Below, one piece after another: positions 1-10,617 of a stretch of DNA of 64,000 nt (position 1 is its first letter; each line of letters opens with the position of its first letter). The position numbers were made by a program, and so were the translations under genes. Source of the DNA: Chthoniobacteraceae bacterium (lineage in GTDB: Bacteria; Verrucomicrobiota; Verrucomicrobiia; Chthoniobacterales; Chthoniobacteraceae); the NCBI GenBank assembly GCA_031409655.1, contig JANNXQ010000099.1:32001-96000 (forward strand), read 5' to 3'. The notes under the pieces are model-generated. The model made no database searches, was not told the origin of the DNA, and saw only the letters and a list, made by a program, of their open reading frames with translations.

Positions 1-30
1 TCGGTCTGCCCTACCCGGGAACTCCTGATC

Positions 31-1671
31 TTGCACTCCCGTTCCCAGAGCAGCCTGCTGGATCACGTCCCCGGAGCCCGCTCCGCTTCGGCGCAACGCG
101 ACACCAATCGTCCCGGTTGGCTCTCCTGGCTGCTCCCACTTTTCGCCCTCGCCTGCTGGACGCTCGCCATTCGGCACCTATCCCCGGAGTGGACCCTGAA
201 CGAGCAATACCACTTCGGCTGGCTGGTTCCCGCCCTCGCCGCCTACCTCATCAAGGTCCGCTTCGAGCGACTCCCTGCTGAGGCTCCCGCACCCAGTCGG
301 TGGCTCGTCAGCACCGCCGTTCTCTTCCTCGCCTTCGCAAGCGTCCTCATCATGCCGATCCGCGAGGCGAATCTGGACTGGCGCCTCGTCGAATGGTCGC
401 TCGCCGGTGTGGCCATCGCCGCCAGCCTCGTCTGCTTCTGGCAACTCGGCGGCTTCCCTTGGGTACGTCAGTTCACCTTCCCTCTCTTTTTCTTCCTCAT
501 CGCCGTCCCGCTTCCTCGCAACCTCGAGTACCCTTGGATGGATCGGCTGATGCTCAACAACGCCAGCATCTCCGTTGAGCTGCTCCATTGGCTTGGCGTG
601 GACGCTCAAGCGAGGGGAAATCTCATCCAACTTCCCACGTGCACTCTGGGGGTTGAGGAAGCCTGCAGCGGCATCCGCTCCCTGCAGAGCACCTTGATGC
701 TTAGCTTGTTTCTTGGGGAAATCCTCGCCCTGCGCTGGCCCCGCCGCCTCGTGTTGCTTGCCGCCGCCCTCGGCTGGGCGCTGGTCACCAACGTCGGCCG
801 GACGGCGACCCTCGGCTGGCTCGCCGCCCGCGACGGCCTCCCCGCAGTGGACCGCTGGCACGACACTGCCGGCTTTTCCGTACTCGCCCTGTGCGCCATC
901 ACCGTCACTTTCACTGCATGGCTTTTGCATCGCTCGTCCTTGGGGAATGCTCACCGCTCTCCCGATGCCCAGGCCTTCGATGCTGCGACCTTCGCCAGCC
1001 GCCTTCGTCCCGCCGCGACCGCAGGTGGCTTCAGCATCATCCTGCTTTTCGTCGGCCTTGGGCTGAACAAATTCTGGTTCGACCTCCACGAACGCGCGCT
1101 CACCGCGGTAACGGAATGGGAATTCCGTCTTCCGACCGAACAACCTTTCTACCGCGATCTCCCGATCTCACCCCTGACGCAAAGGATCCTTCATGCCAGT
1201 GAAGGGTACAGCGGTGGCTGGCAGGACACTTCAGGAACCCGCTGGCAGGCCTTCTATTTCCGTTGGTATGCCGGCAGGTCGGCCACGCAGACGGCGCGTA
1301 AACATGATCCGCGTGACTGCCTTGGAAGGATGGGGATGGAACTCTTGGGTGAATTACCGCGCGTCGAATTCAGCAAAGGAGATCTGACACTCCTGTTTAG
1401 AGCATATCACTTCCGCGATGGGCAACACGATCTCTATCTGTTCAACTGTTTGACTGAAGATCTTCGAGCCTTGGATCAGACGTACCGAGGTCGCGAATCC
1501 AATTCCCCATCCGCCCGTTTCGCTGCCGCAGTGGCCGGGCGGAGACAAGCCGGCCAGCGCCGCGTGGAAGTCGCAGTGTGGGGTGCTCCCGACGCGGCAA
1601 CGGCGGCCCGGCGCTTCTCCGCGTTACTTGCCCAGCAGATCCAGGTCGGAGGCCAATCGCTAAATCCGTAG
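31..1671 (+). CDS. Exosortase family protein with C-terminal EpsI-like domain
   Basis: Multi-TM N-terminal part with exosortase motifs YHFGWLVP, VEEACSGIRSL (catalytic Cys), NVGR and WHD. C-terminal HDPRDCLG resembles the EpsI HxPxxC motif. Start codon uncertain. Confidence 0.9.
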   Translation: MHSRSQSSLLDHVPGARSASAQRDTNRPGWLSWLLPLFALACWTLAIRHLSPEWTLNEQYHFGWLVPALAAYLIKVRFERLPAEAPAPSRWLVSTAVLFLAFASVLIMPIREANLDWRLVEWSLAGVAIAASLVCFWQLGGFPWVRQFTFPLFFFLIAVPLPRNLEYPWMDRLMLNNASISVELLHWLGVDAQARGNLIQLPTCTLGVEEACSGIRSLQSTLMLSLFLGEILALRWPRRLVLLAAALGWALVTNVGRTATLGWLAARDGLPAVDRWHDTAGFSVLALCAITVTFTAWLLHRSSLGNAHRSPDAQAFDAATFASRLRPAATAGGFSIILLFVGLGLNKFWFDLHERALTAVTEWEFRLPTEQPFYRDLPISPLTQRILHASEGYSGGWQDTSGTRWQAFYFRWYAGRSATQTARKHDPRDCLGRMGMELLGELPRVEFSKGDLTLLFRAYHFRDGQHDLYLFNCLTEDLRALDQTYRGRESNSPSARFAAAVAGRRQAGQRRVEVAVWGAPDAATAARRFSALLAQQIQVGGQSLNP

Positions 1672-1675
1672 GCTT

Positions 1676-2377
1676 GTGATGATCGACGCCCCTCCATCTC
1701 CGCCCAAACGTTTCCCGTCGGTTCGTCCCGCAACGGCTCGCCGAACTCCCCGGCGTATCTTCTCCCGAACCCTGGTCGCCTGCCTTGTTTCCGCTAGCGC
1801 CGTGCTCGGCAGCTTCTGGATTCTGCGAGTCCCAATCCTCACCGGGGTGGCAGACGCCTTCATCGTCGATGAGCCCTTGCCTGAGTCTGCCGATGCTATC
1901 GTCGTGCTCGGCGGTGGATTGGATAAACGGCCCGGAGAAGCCGCCAGACTCTACCATCTTGGCATTGCGCCAAAGATCCTGGTTGCATGCCCGGAAGTCA
2001 CTCCGGCAAGTCAACTTGGGATCATCCCTTCCGAAGGCGACATTGCGGTGCAACTGCTGGTCAGACTCGGCGTGCCAAGTCAGTCGATTGAAAAACTCGA
2101 TCGCAAAGTCACCAGCACTTACGACGAAGCGATGGCCGCGCGTGAATGGGTCGTCCGGACATCCGCTCGGAATATTGTGATTCCGACCGACATTTTCCAT
2201 ACTCGCCGAGTGAATTGGATCTTCACCAAGGTCATCCGCGGGACGGATGTCAGGGTCTGCGTAACGGCCATCCAATCAAAACAGTATTCCCATGCAGACT
2301 GGTGGCAGTACGAACTGGGAGTCACGAATTTTCAAAACGAAACTCTCAAGCTGCTTTTCTACTTTGCGAAGTACTGA
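1676..2377 (+). CDS. YdcF/ElyC (DUF218) family protein
   Basis: ADAIVVLGGG, STYDEA and PTDIFHTRR motifs; N-terminal TM helix. Confidence 0.85.
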   Translation: MMIDAPPSPPKRFPSVRPATARRTPRRIFSRTLVACLVSASAVLGSFWILRVPILTGVADAFIVDEPLPESADAIVVLGGGLDKRPGEAARLYHLGIAPKILVACPEVTPASQLGIIPSEGDIAVQLLVRLGVPSQSIEKLDRKVTSTYDEAMAAREWVVRTSARNIVIPTDIFHTRRVNWIFTKVIRGTDVRVCVTAIQSKQYSHADWWQYELGVTNFQNETLKLLFYFAKY

Positions 2378-2587
2378 ACGGATGTCGCGACTGATTGTAT
2401 TGCTCGACAATCGCTCCGCGATTGCATCCCGCGATCAAGTTTTGGTGTGTCACTTCATCGTTCATCCCCCCGATCCTGAGCACCCAAAGCAGCGGGTTGC
2501 GCAAAGAGTTGCGCAGCTAACGACACCGTCTATCTGATTCAGAGATCGTCAGGCGCGGCACAATCCCCGATAACGAGCCCCCCAGTC

Positions 2588-3877
2588 GTGGGTCGATGGT
2601 TGCGGTGGGGATCGATTTTGGGACGATTCGCTAGCGTTCAAGTGATCGTGCAGGCGGTGAATGCAGTCACCGGTCTCCTTTTGGTTCGCCTCCTTGACAA
2701 ACATGACTACGCTCTTTTTACGATCGCGAGTTCCATGCAGGCAATGCTGAATCTGTTTACGGATTGCGGCATCAATGCCGGGTTATTCGCTATCGGAGGG
2801 CGCGTGTGGTGCGACCGGAACGACATGGGCCGACTGATTGAGACGGCGCTTCGCCTGCGCCGCCAACTAAGCATCGTTGCCGTATTGGTCGTTTCTCCCA
2901 TTTCGCTTTGGCTCCTAATCAGTAATGGCGCCTCCGTCATGGAAGCTGCCTTGCTCACCGCGGTAGTGGTGGGAACTGTCCATTTCGTCACAGCAGCCGC
3001 CGTCTTTGGTGTGGTCACAAAGCTACACTCCAGATATTCCGAGATTCAACGGGTAGATCTCGCAGGCGCGCTCTCGCGCTTCGGTATGGTCCTCGCAGCG
3101 GCCGCAATATTTGTGAACGCTCTCCTCGCCGCCGTGGCCTCCTCAGTCTCGCAGATCGTCCAATGCTTTTTAGTTCGTCGTCAGGCATTCGCCTTGATCT
3201 CCGCCGATCAACCGGATGACTGCGGGTACCGAAAGCAGTTGCTCACAATGGTCAAGAGCCAGGCAATTTATTTCGTCTTCTACGCCCTGCAGGGGCAATT
3301 GAGCGTGGTGCTGATCAGCGCTCTTGGCACCACTGGGCAGGTCGCGGATGTTGGTGCCCTCAGCAGACTTGGCTTGATCTCCGGGGTCTTGGGTGCAGTC
3401 ATCAATCAGGTGATTGCCCCGGCGTTTGCCCGCATCCAAGACCGGCGGCACTTGTGTCGGACGTTTGCGCAGACTCTCTTGCTGACGCTGTTGTTCGGTC
3501 TGGGATGCATCGCCATTGGGCGTGTCTTTGCTCCGCGAATCCTCTGGCTGTTTGGGACGCCTTATTCGCATCTCACTGCGGAACTCGTCTGGATGATGGT
3601 CAGCATCGCGCTGGGTTTGGTGCTCGCGGTCATCTGGGCGCTCAATACCGCCAGAGGTTGGCTCCATGCGACATGGCTAATGGTGCCACTTACCCTTGCG
3701 ACCCAAGTGGCGTTGACTCAATGCCTGAACCTCTCCACCGTCCGTGGCGTTCTCCTTTTTTCCATCCTCGCTCAGCTTCCAAACCTCTCGGTCAGTGCGT
3801 GGTTGACCGCGCGGGGCTTTGTTCGATTTGAGAATCACCCTCCAGAGCCGCCAACCGGGCAAACTCTTCCAGCATGA
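2588..3877 (+). CDS. Wzx-like oligosaccharide flippase
   Basis: Highly hydrophobic 429 aa; N-terminal VQAVNAVTGLLLVRLL..DYALF pattern typical of PST/MATE-like flippases; polysaccharide locus context. Confidence 0.75.
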   Translation: MGRWLRWGSILGRFASVQVIVQAVNAVTGLLLVRLLDKHDYALFTIASSMQAMLNLFTDCGINAGLFAIGGRVWCDRNDMGRLIETALRLRRQLSIVAVLVVSPISLWLLISNGASVMEAALLTAVVVGTVHFVTAAAVFGVVTKLHSRYSEIQRVDLAGALSRFGMVLAAAAIFVNALLAAVASSVSQIVQCFLVRRQAFALISADQPDDCGYRKQLLTMVKSQAIYFVFYALQGQLSVVLISALGTTGQVADVGALSRLGLISGVLGAVINQVIAPAFARIQDRRHLCRTFAQTLLLTLLFGLGCIAIGRVFAPRILWLFGTPYSHLTAELVWMMVSIALGLVLAVIWALNTARGWLHATWLMVPLTLATQVALTQCLNLSTVRGVLLFSILAQLPNLSVSAWLTARGFVRFENHPPEPPTGQTLPA

Positions 3878-4605
3878 AGTCCTTCATTCGGAGAATGCTT
3901 TCAATGGCAGTGCCGCGGCGCTTTGACCTCCCATTAGCGTATTGGAATCAGCGCCGCTTGGGTGGCATCGAACCGGAAATTCTCTGCGCGCGTCGATGGG
4001 TGCGTCCAGGCGGTGTGGCCGTCGATATTGGGGCTAATTCAGGACTTTACACTTATGAACTGTCCCGATGGTTCGACCGCGTTGAAGCCCTCGAGCCAAA
4101 CATGCAAGTGAGTCAACGGATTCGCGACTGGGGAAAGGCGAATGTCAACCTGAGATCGGTGGGTGCCTCCTCTTCTGCCCTGCGAGCAGTTCTTCACGTG
4201 CCGGTTTCTGCGCGAGGGGTTGAGTATGCAGGATGGGGAACGCTTTACCCGGATTCCTTGGAGAGTCCGGCGTCAGTAAGGAGCACGAGCGTTGATCTGG
4301 TGAGTCTCGATTCACTTGAACTGAGGGAGGTCGCGTTCGTCAAAATCGACGTCGAAGGACACGAACAGAATGTCCTTGAAGGCGCATTGGAAACGATCTG
4401 CCGATGCCGACCGGTGGTTATGGTGGAGGTCAAACGTCAGTCTCGAGAATTCGTGGCTTCATACTTTCAACGGCTTCACCACCGACTGCACTTTCTCGAA
4501 GGAAGAGATTTGAAGCCTATCTCCGATGATCTCGCGCCCGATAACTGGCCACGGGAAAATGTCTTTGCCATACCGACTGCAGTTGAACATGCCCCAAGGC
4601 CATGA
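3874..4605 (+). CDS. FkbM family methyltransferase
   Basis: VDIGANSG, EPN and FVKIDVEGHE motifs; ATGA overlap with the upstream gene. Confidence 0.9.
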   Translation: MKSFIRRMLSMAVPRRFDLPLAYWNQRRLGGIEPEILCARRWVRPGGVAVDIGANSGLYTYELSRWFDRVEALEPNMQVSQRIRDWGKANVNLRSVGASSSALRAVLHVPVSARGVEYAGWGTLYPDSLESPASVRSTSVDLVSLDSLELREVAFVKIDVEGHEQNVLEGALETICRCRPVVMVEVKRQSREFVASYFQRLHHRLHFLEGRDLKPISDDLAPDNWPRENVFAIPTAVEHAPRP

Positions 4606-5384
4606 ATATTCTCCGTCTGCTTTATCCCCTTCGACTCCGACAGAGTTTTTATTCCCGCATCATCTCAAAAAGGTTCGGATTTCCTCACCTGCCACCCTCA
4701 GGGTCTCGACTCCATTTCGCTGCTGCCTCCCTTCCGGCGCTCTTACCCACGGATTGGGGACATCGCCAGATCGCGTGGCTCGGATTCTATGAACTTGAAC
4801 TCAGTCGCCGCATCGTAGCGCTGGCACAGGAGGGTGGCCTGCTCGTCGATGTGGGTGCAAACATAGGCTACTTTTCGTGTCTCTGGGCTGCCGCCAGTTC
4901 GCGCAACTCAGTGTGCGCATTTGAGGCTTCGCCAAGGAATTTTCCGATGTTGCAACGCAACGTTGCGGCGCAGTCCGTTTCAGAGCGAGTGAAGTTGTTT
5001 GAGCAGGCGGTGGGCAAGGAGCAAGGCACACTCGCCTTTGACGTTGGGCCACAAGAACAAAGTGGTTGGGGAGGACTGACGAACTCGGCTTCGGCACAAA
5101 CTCTTGAAGTGAATGTGGGCAGACTCGACGATTTGCTTCCTGCGGAAAGCCAAGTCTCCGTCTTAAAGATCGACACCGAAGGCGCCGACGCGTGGGTTTT
5201 AGCTGGAGCAGAACGGTTACTGCGGAACCGCCAGATTCAGCACATCTTCTACGAGGAAAACCTGGAGCGAATGGCGCAGCTTGGTATTGCTCCCCGAACC
5301 GCGGTGCAATTCCTGACCGGCCTCGGATACAAGGTTTCCAACCTTGACCATTCACCCAATGAATTTCACGCTTCTCTTACATGA
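4602..5384 (+). CDS. FkbM family methyltransferase
   Basis: VDVGANIGYFS, AFEASP and LKIDTEGAD motifs. Confidence 0.9.
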   Translation: MNILRLLYPLRLRQSFYSRIISKRFGFPHLPPSGSRLHFAAASLPALLPTDWGHRQIAWLGFYELELSRRIVALAQEGGLLVDVGANIGYFSCLWAAASSRNSVCAFEASPRNFPMLQRNVAAQSVSERVKLFEQAVGKEQGTLAFDVGPQEQSGWGGLTNSASAQTLEVNVGRLDDLLPAESQVSVLKIDTEGADAWVLAGAERLLRNRQIQHIFYEENLERMAQLGIAPRTAVQFLTGLGYKVSNLDHSPNEFHASLT

Positions 5385-5618
5385 TTGGACGCGTTCCTCT
5401 GCGTCCGAAGCGGCATGTGGAGCGTTCCGGAAAGCCCGCTCTAACCCACCAAAAACGAACGACTGGTCGATGAAGTGCTTGCCAGTGGGCAACGCAACTT
5501 CGGCGATTCAAGCAGCAAAAGGCGGGAATTTGTTTTTCTGCCTACGCCTCTCGATTTCCAAAAAACCTCGGTGAGCGAAAGTGCCTCTGTGATCGGCGAG
5601 AAATCTCCTCTTGAGAAT

Positions 5619-6704
5619 GTGATCCATGGGAAGGTGAGCGCTCCGCATCGGTTGCCGTGTTTGGACGGCCTTCGAGCGCTTTCTATTCTTGGCGTGATGT
5701 ATTCACACGCCCGTTTGACGTTTCCGTTCCATTCCGACTGGCTGGACATGCTATTCGAGCATGGTCATCTGGGAGTTTACATTTTCTTTGTCCTGAGCGG
5801 CTACTTGATCACATACCTGCTCCGGAAGGAGAACGAGGCGACCGGAGGAATTAACCTGTTCGATTTTTATGCACGCCGTGTCCTTCGAATATTTCCGGCT
5901 TTTTATGCGTTTGTCGCTGTACTCGCGGTTTTGACTGGACTCGGTTTATTGTCCATTTCCAAAGTGCATTTTATTTCGGCTGGATCGTTTGCTTGGAACT
6001 ACAAACACCTTTGGGATCATAGCGTCGGGAGCGGCAATTGGTTTTTAGGGCATATCTGGTCTCTCTCGCTGGAGGAGCAGTTTTACCTGCTTTGGCCGGT
6101 GACTCTCATCTTGTTTGGTTTTCGCCATGCACCGCGAATTCCCCTCGCCTTGATTCTTTGCCTCCCGCTTGTCCGGGTGATCACGTATTTCATCTGGCCT
6201 GAGGCCCGCGGGCAGTTGGGAATGATGGTCCATACATCTGCGGATCGACTGATGTTTGGGTGCCTGTTAGCTCTTTGGGATGGGCACCCGCGCTTTGAGC
6301 GAGCGATGCAGTCCTTCCGCCATCCGCTTTGGCCTGCTTTGGCTTCGATCGTGCTCGTTTTTGGTATTCCCAGTTTGGCGAGCAGATTTGGCGGCGCATT
6401 CGAATTGCCGATCGGGCTAACGCTGGAAGGCCTCCTGATTGGATTTCTTTTGGCTTGGCTCTTGCGGAATTCCGGTTGCTTGGCTGGTCGACTGCTCAAC
6501 TCGCGACCATTCGTCCACATTGGTGTCTTGTCTTACAGCCTGTATCTTTGGAATCCGCTGTTTCTCACTCCTCTCAACGACTCCTGGACAGGCCGGTTTC
6601 CGATGAACCTGCTATGCACCCTTGCTGCCGCGGAAATCTCGTTTTATTTGGTTGAGCAGCCAATTCTGAAGTTGCGGCGTTTCTTTCGATCAAGTTCTGG
6701 ATAA
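5619..6704 (+). CDS. Acyltransferase family 3 (OafA-like membrane O-acyltransferase)
   Basis: LDGLRA, FFVLSGYLIT, FYARRVLRIFP, WSLSLEEQFY and SYSLYLW motifs. The ORF is open from 5475; GTG 5619 chosen as likely start. Confidence 0.9.
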   Translation: MIHGKVSAPHRLPCLDGLRALSILGVMYSHARLTFPFHSDWLDMLFEHGHLGVYIFFVLSGYLITYLLRKENEATGGINLFDFYARRVLRIFPAFYAFVAVLAVLTGLGLLSISKVHFISAGSFAWNYKHLWDHSVGSGNWFLGHIWSLSLEEQFYLLWPVTLILFGFRHAPRIPLALILCLPLVRVITYFIWPEARGQLGMMVHTSADRLMFGCLLALWDGHPRFERAMQSFRHPLWPALASIVLVFGIPSLASRFGGAFELPIGLTLEGLLIGFLLAWLLRNSGCLAGRLLNSRPFVHIGVLSYSLYLWNPLFLTPLNDSWTGRFPMNLLCTLAAAEISFYLVEQPILKLRRFFRSSSG

Positions 6705-6809
6705 ATTCGTGAAAATTCATTGTTTTCGCAGGCGGTATTTAGTTGAATAAGGCGCTGGACACACAACCGGCGTTGCATACGGGCCGATGACGAATCCTTA
6801 TAATTTTTT

Positions 6810-7460
6810 ATGCCAGTCAACTTGAGTGCATCAACTACCAAAGACCAATACGTCCAATACGGCTGCGGCTGGAGCGCCCCAAATGGCTGGCTTAGTTTCG
6901 ACTGCAGTCCGACGTTGATCGTCGAACGACTGCCGATTGTTGGGAGATTTGTTAATCGCGAGGCCGGTCGCTTCCCGGACGCGGTGCGAATCGGTGATAT
7001 CCTGAAGGGTCTCCCCATCAGGAAAGAATGCTGCCAAGGCATTTATTGTTCTCATGTGCTCGAACATCTTTGTTTGGAAGATTCGTACACGGCATTGCGG
7101 CATACTTACGAATACCTGAAGCCAGGGGGGATTTTTCGCATCGTCCTTCCTGACCTGAAATTTCTGGCGCGACGTTACGTCGAGGATCAGAACATGAACG
7201 CCGCCTCCGAGTTCATGATCCACTCTGCGCTGGGCCAGAGGAAGCCCTTTCGCGGCGTGCGCGGCATGCTGCGAAGCTGGCTTGGGAAAAGCTATCATCT
7301 CTGGATGTGGGACGAAATCGCTCTCCGGCATGCGTTGGAGGAGCGCGGGTTCAGGGATATCCGTCGCGCCTGCTTCAATGATAGTGAGGATCCCATGTTT
7401 AAGCTGGTTGAAAACCCCGACCGGTTCGGCGATAACCTCGCAATGGAATGTCGAAAGTAG
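6810..7460 (+). CDS. SAM-dependent methyltransferase (type 11-like)
   Basis: YGCG, IYCSHVLEHL and LKPGGIFRIVLPDL motifs. Confidence 0.85.
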   Translation: MPVNLSASTTKDQYVQYGCGWSAPNGWLSFDCSPTLIVERLPIVGRFVNREAGRFPDAVRIGDILKGLPIRKECCQGIYCSHVLEHLCLEDSYTALRHTYEYLKPGGIFRIVLPDLKFLARRYVEDQNMNAASEFMIHSALGQRKPFRGVRGMLRSWLGKSYHLWMWDEIALRHALEERGFRDIRRACFNDSEDPMFKLVENPDRFGDNLAMECRK

Positions 7461-7594
7461 CGGGAAATGCCGTTAGCATCGACTTAGATTTTGTTTGACC
7501 AGTTCAAGTTCGTGTCGGAGCCACAGGCCAGCCGAGGGCGTGTTTCGGTATTGGCTAGGGCGCGTGTGGGTTGTAGCGTGCTTCTTTTTCGTCG

Positions 7595-8794
7595 ATGAAA
7601 CGCGTTGCCTACGTCGCCCCGCATCCGATTCAGTACCAGGCTCCTCTGTTGCGCCGCCTTGCCGCTAACGGCGAAATTGACTTGAAGGTTTTTTTCCTCA
7701 GCGACTTTTCGGTCCACGAACACCATGAGACGGCGTTTGGTCGGAGTGTTAAATGGGACGTGCCTCTGACTGAGGGCTATGCTTCGCAGGTGTTGCCAAG
7801 ATGGTTTATTGGCGATGCGAATCGAGCGCGACCAAACTGGCCGGTTCGCGGTTTGAGGCGTCGGCTGCGGGAGGGAAACTTCGATGCTCTATGGGTGCAT
7901 GGCTGGGGTCATCTAGGACTGCGGCAGGCGCTGGCTGCGGGTGCGGCGCTGGGCGTGCCGGTCCTGCTGCGCGGCGAGAGCACGCCTGACAGTTTGCAGG
8001 TCGGCGGATGGCGACGCCGATTGCGGGATTTGTTCTGCGCCCGCCTGTTTGCCCGGTGCGCGGCGATCCTCTGCATCGGAACACTGAATCGACAATTCTA
8101 TCGCGCGTTTGGTGTGCCGGAGGAACGCATGTTCATGGTGCCCTATGCGGTGGATAACGCGTGGTTCCAAACTCGGTGCGCAGAGGCTGCGCTGAGGCGG
8201 GAGGAATTTCGGCGGGAATTAGATCTGCAGCCAGGGCGTCCTATCATCCTCTTTGCGGCGAAATTCATCCCAGCAAAGGCCCCCGGCGACCTTCTGAGTG
8301 CGTATCTCCATTCCTTTCCGCTAGGGCCTGCTGTGCGACCATACTTGCTCTTCGTGGGCGACGGTCCCATGCGTGCGCAATTGGAGGCCCACGCTGGCCC
8401 TCAGATGGGGAACGACGTGCGATTCCTCGGCTTTCGCAATCAGACCAAGCTCCCTGCACTTTACGATCTGTGCGATGTCTTCGTCCTGCCGTCCCACTTC
8501 GAGCCGTGGGGGCTTGTTGTAAATGAAGTCATGAACGCGGGAAAACCTGTGATCGTCTCTGATCGCGTCGGCGCCGCTCCGGATCTCGTGCGGGCGGGCA
8601 AAACTGGCTGGATCTTTCCCGCTGGCGATGTAATGGCGCTTGGCGGACTCTTGCGCGAATCCTGTTTCGACGCCGGACGGCGGGCGGCGATGGGCGCACG
8701 CGGCCTCACGCGCATCGCGGAATGGGATTTCGCAGCGGACGAACGGGGCCTGCTCGACGCTTTCGCATATGTGAAGCGACATTCACGCCGCTAA
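7595..8794 (+). CDS. Glycosyltransferase family 4
   Basis: HPIQYQAP N-terminus; DVFVLPSHFEPWGLVVNEVM (EX7E). Confidence 0.92.
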   Translation: MKRVAYVAPHPIQYQAPLLRRLAANGEIDLKVFFLSDFSVHEHHETAFGRSVKWDVPLTEGYASQVLPRWFIGDANRARPNWPVRGLRRRLREGNFDALWVHGWGHLGLRQALAAGAALGVPVLLRGESTPDSLQVGGWRRRLRDLFCARLFARCAAILCIGTLNRQFYRAFGVPEERMFMVPYAVDNAWFQTRCAEAALRREEFRRELDLQPGRPIILFAAKFIPAKAPGDLLSAYLHSFPLGPAVRPYLLFVGDGPMRAQLEAHAGPQMGNDVRFLGFRNQTKLPALYDLCDVFVLPSHFEPWGLVVNEVMNAGKPVIVSDRVGAAPDLVRAGKTGWIFPAGDVMALGGLLRESCFDAGRRAAMGARGLTRIAEWDFAADERGLLDAFAYVKRHSRR

Positions 8795-9408
8795 GGCGCA
8801 TCAGTTTCACGATATTTTTGCATGCACGGTGGTCACTTAGCCTTGACTTACGACAATGAACAACGGGGCAGCGTGGGTGCCCGCGGATTCCGATATATTC
8901 AGGGGGGGGCGGTCTTGTTTGATCCGGACGCGGTTGATTCGTTCTCGGCGATAGGCGTAGCACGAGAAGTGGCCGCTCAATTCGCTCCAACGGATTGCAA
9001 CCGATGGTTTATCGGCACCCTGCGATTGCACAACGAACAGAATCACTCATCGGTCGTTGCATTGAAAAAAGGCCGTGTAAAAACTGATCCATCCGTATCG
9101 TGGACGGTCGGAGTTACACGCGGGGATTTGAATCGCGGCCTTGGTGGAAACCTGAAACCAGAACCAGAGCCGCATTTTCGATTGAACCTGGCAAAGACGT
9201 ATTCTGTTCGAATTCATTTGCAACCGGGAACGATGCCGTGTCGCTGATCCCCGATGTCCCGTGATGAAAACCGGTAACCTCCATATCCGAGATTTAGCGT
9301 TAGAAATGAGATGACTCAAGCGATAATAACGCAGAATACATCAATATTCCACCTTGCAGAACCCTCTTCAATCAAGGGTTTTGAAAGCTGGTTAACGTTA
9401 CCCCTGCT

Positions 9409-10617
9409 GTGAGCAGAGGAGTAACAGTAGGGTACTTTGGCGTTCACCAGGCGTTTCAAATTGCGTTGGCGGCACAAGAGGCCGGATTTCTCGATGAGTT
9501 TCTTTGCTCTGTGTATTCCGCGTCCGGCAAGTGGGGAGGCATTCTGACGAGATACCTCGGAACTGAAGCGATGATAAATCGCAGTGTGGCCAAACTCAAT
9601 ATCAGTAAAGTTCGTGAAAATCCATGGCCTCTATTCCTGCATCACTTTAGGACCACGCTCAAGCTCGCGCATTCAGACGATTGGTTTTCCGCAAACGATC
9701 GCTTTGACCGGTGGACTGCGCGTCAGTTGGGAACGGGGTCTAGTAGTGTTTTCGTAGGAACCGAGACATGTGCGCAGCGTTCGTTCGAGATTTGCGCCAA
9801 GCAGGGGATCCGGCCGGTGCTTGATTGCCCACAGTTGCACCCTGCATTTCTTTCCAAGGTACTTGCCACGGCAGCAGATCGACTAAAAATTGCTTCCCGA
9901 AAGCAAGTGGATACGGCAGAGATGTCAGAAAGAAAGGAATTTGAGTATTCTGCTGCTGATTATCTCCTTGTTTACTCCGACGTGCATCGTCGGAGTTTCA
10001 TGGAAGCCGGGTTTGCTGGGTCGCGTCTAATTGAGTGCCCCCTGTGGGTGGATTCGAAAACATGGTTTCCGACACTAGAGAAACGTACACACAGGAATGG
10101 AAAACTTCGCGTATTGTTTGTCGGTAGCCTTTCGATGCGGAAGGGTATTCCGTTCCTACTTGAGGCAGTTCGATTGCTAGGCGATGCTGTAAGTCTAACG
10201 CTCGTTGGGTCAATTCACCCAGAAATGTTGTCTACACTCGCTGCTTATGAGGATACCTTTGAGCTTCAAGCACCAAAAACCAAGGCGGTTTTACGCGAGA
10301 TCTACGTGCAACATGATGTTTTGGTGTTGCCGTCACTGGGGGATTCTTTTGGGTTCGTCGGTATCGAGGCAATGGCCTGCGGGATCCCTGTGATTGTTAC
10401 GGAGAATTGTGGCGTACCTGTGCCGGATTTGACTTGGCGTATACCGGTAATGGATTCGGAAGCGATTGCGATGCGCTTGCAGCACTACATAATGTCCGAT
10501 GGAGCATTGGCGGAAGATGGCACGAAGGCGACAACATTTGCGCGTGAATTCTCTCCGCAACGGTATCGATGCTTTATTGGCCAATTTTTTAAGAGCTTGG
10601 TAGGGCAGAGTTTATAG
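9409..10617 (+). CDS. Glycosyltransferase family 4
   Basis: LFVGSLSMRKG and DVLVLPSLGDSFGFVGIEAMACG. Confidence 0.9.
   Translation: MSRGVTVGYFGVHQAFQIALAAQEAGFLDEFLCSVYSASGKWGGILTRYLGTEAMINRSVAKLNISKVRENPWPLFLHHFRTTLKLAHSDDWFSANDRFDRWTARQLGTGSSSVFVGTETCAQRSFEICAKQGIRPVLDCPQLHPAFLSKVLATAADRLKIASRKQVDTAEMSERKEFEYSAADYLLVYSDVHRRSFMEAGFAGSRLIECPLWVDSKTWFPTLEKRTHRNGKLRVLFVGSLSMRKGIPFLLEAVRLLGDAVSLTLVGSIHPEMLSTLAAYEDTFELQAPKTKAVLREIYVQHDVLVLPSLGDSFGFVGIEAMACGIPVIVTENCGVPVPDLTWRIPVMDSEAIAMRLQHYIMSDGALAEDGTKATTFAREFSPQRYRCFIGQFFKSLVGQSL

Noticed and set aside
6728..6745. GGCGGTA as an ops/JUMPStart element
   Set aside because: Only a partial match to GGCGGTAG; expected by chance.
8822..9247. 141-aa ORF as a real gene
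   Set aside because: No recognisable motif or RBS and atypical composition; left uncalled and noted as an unexplained gap.
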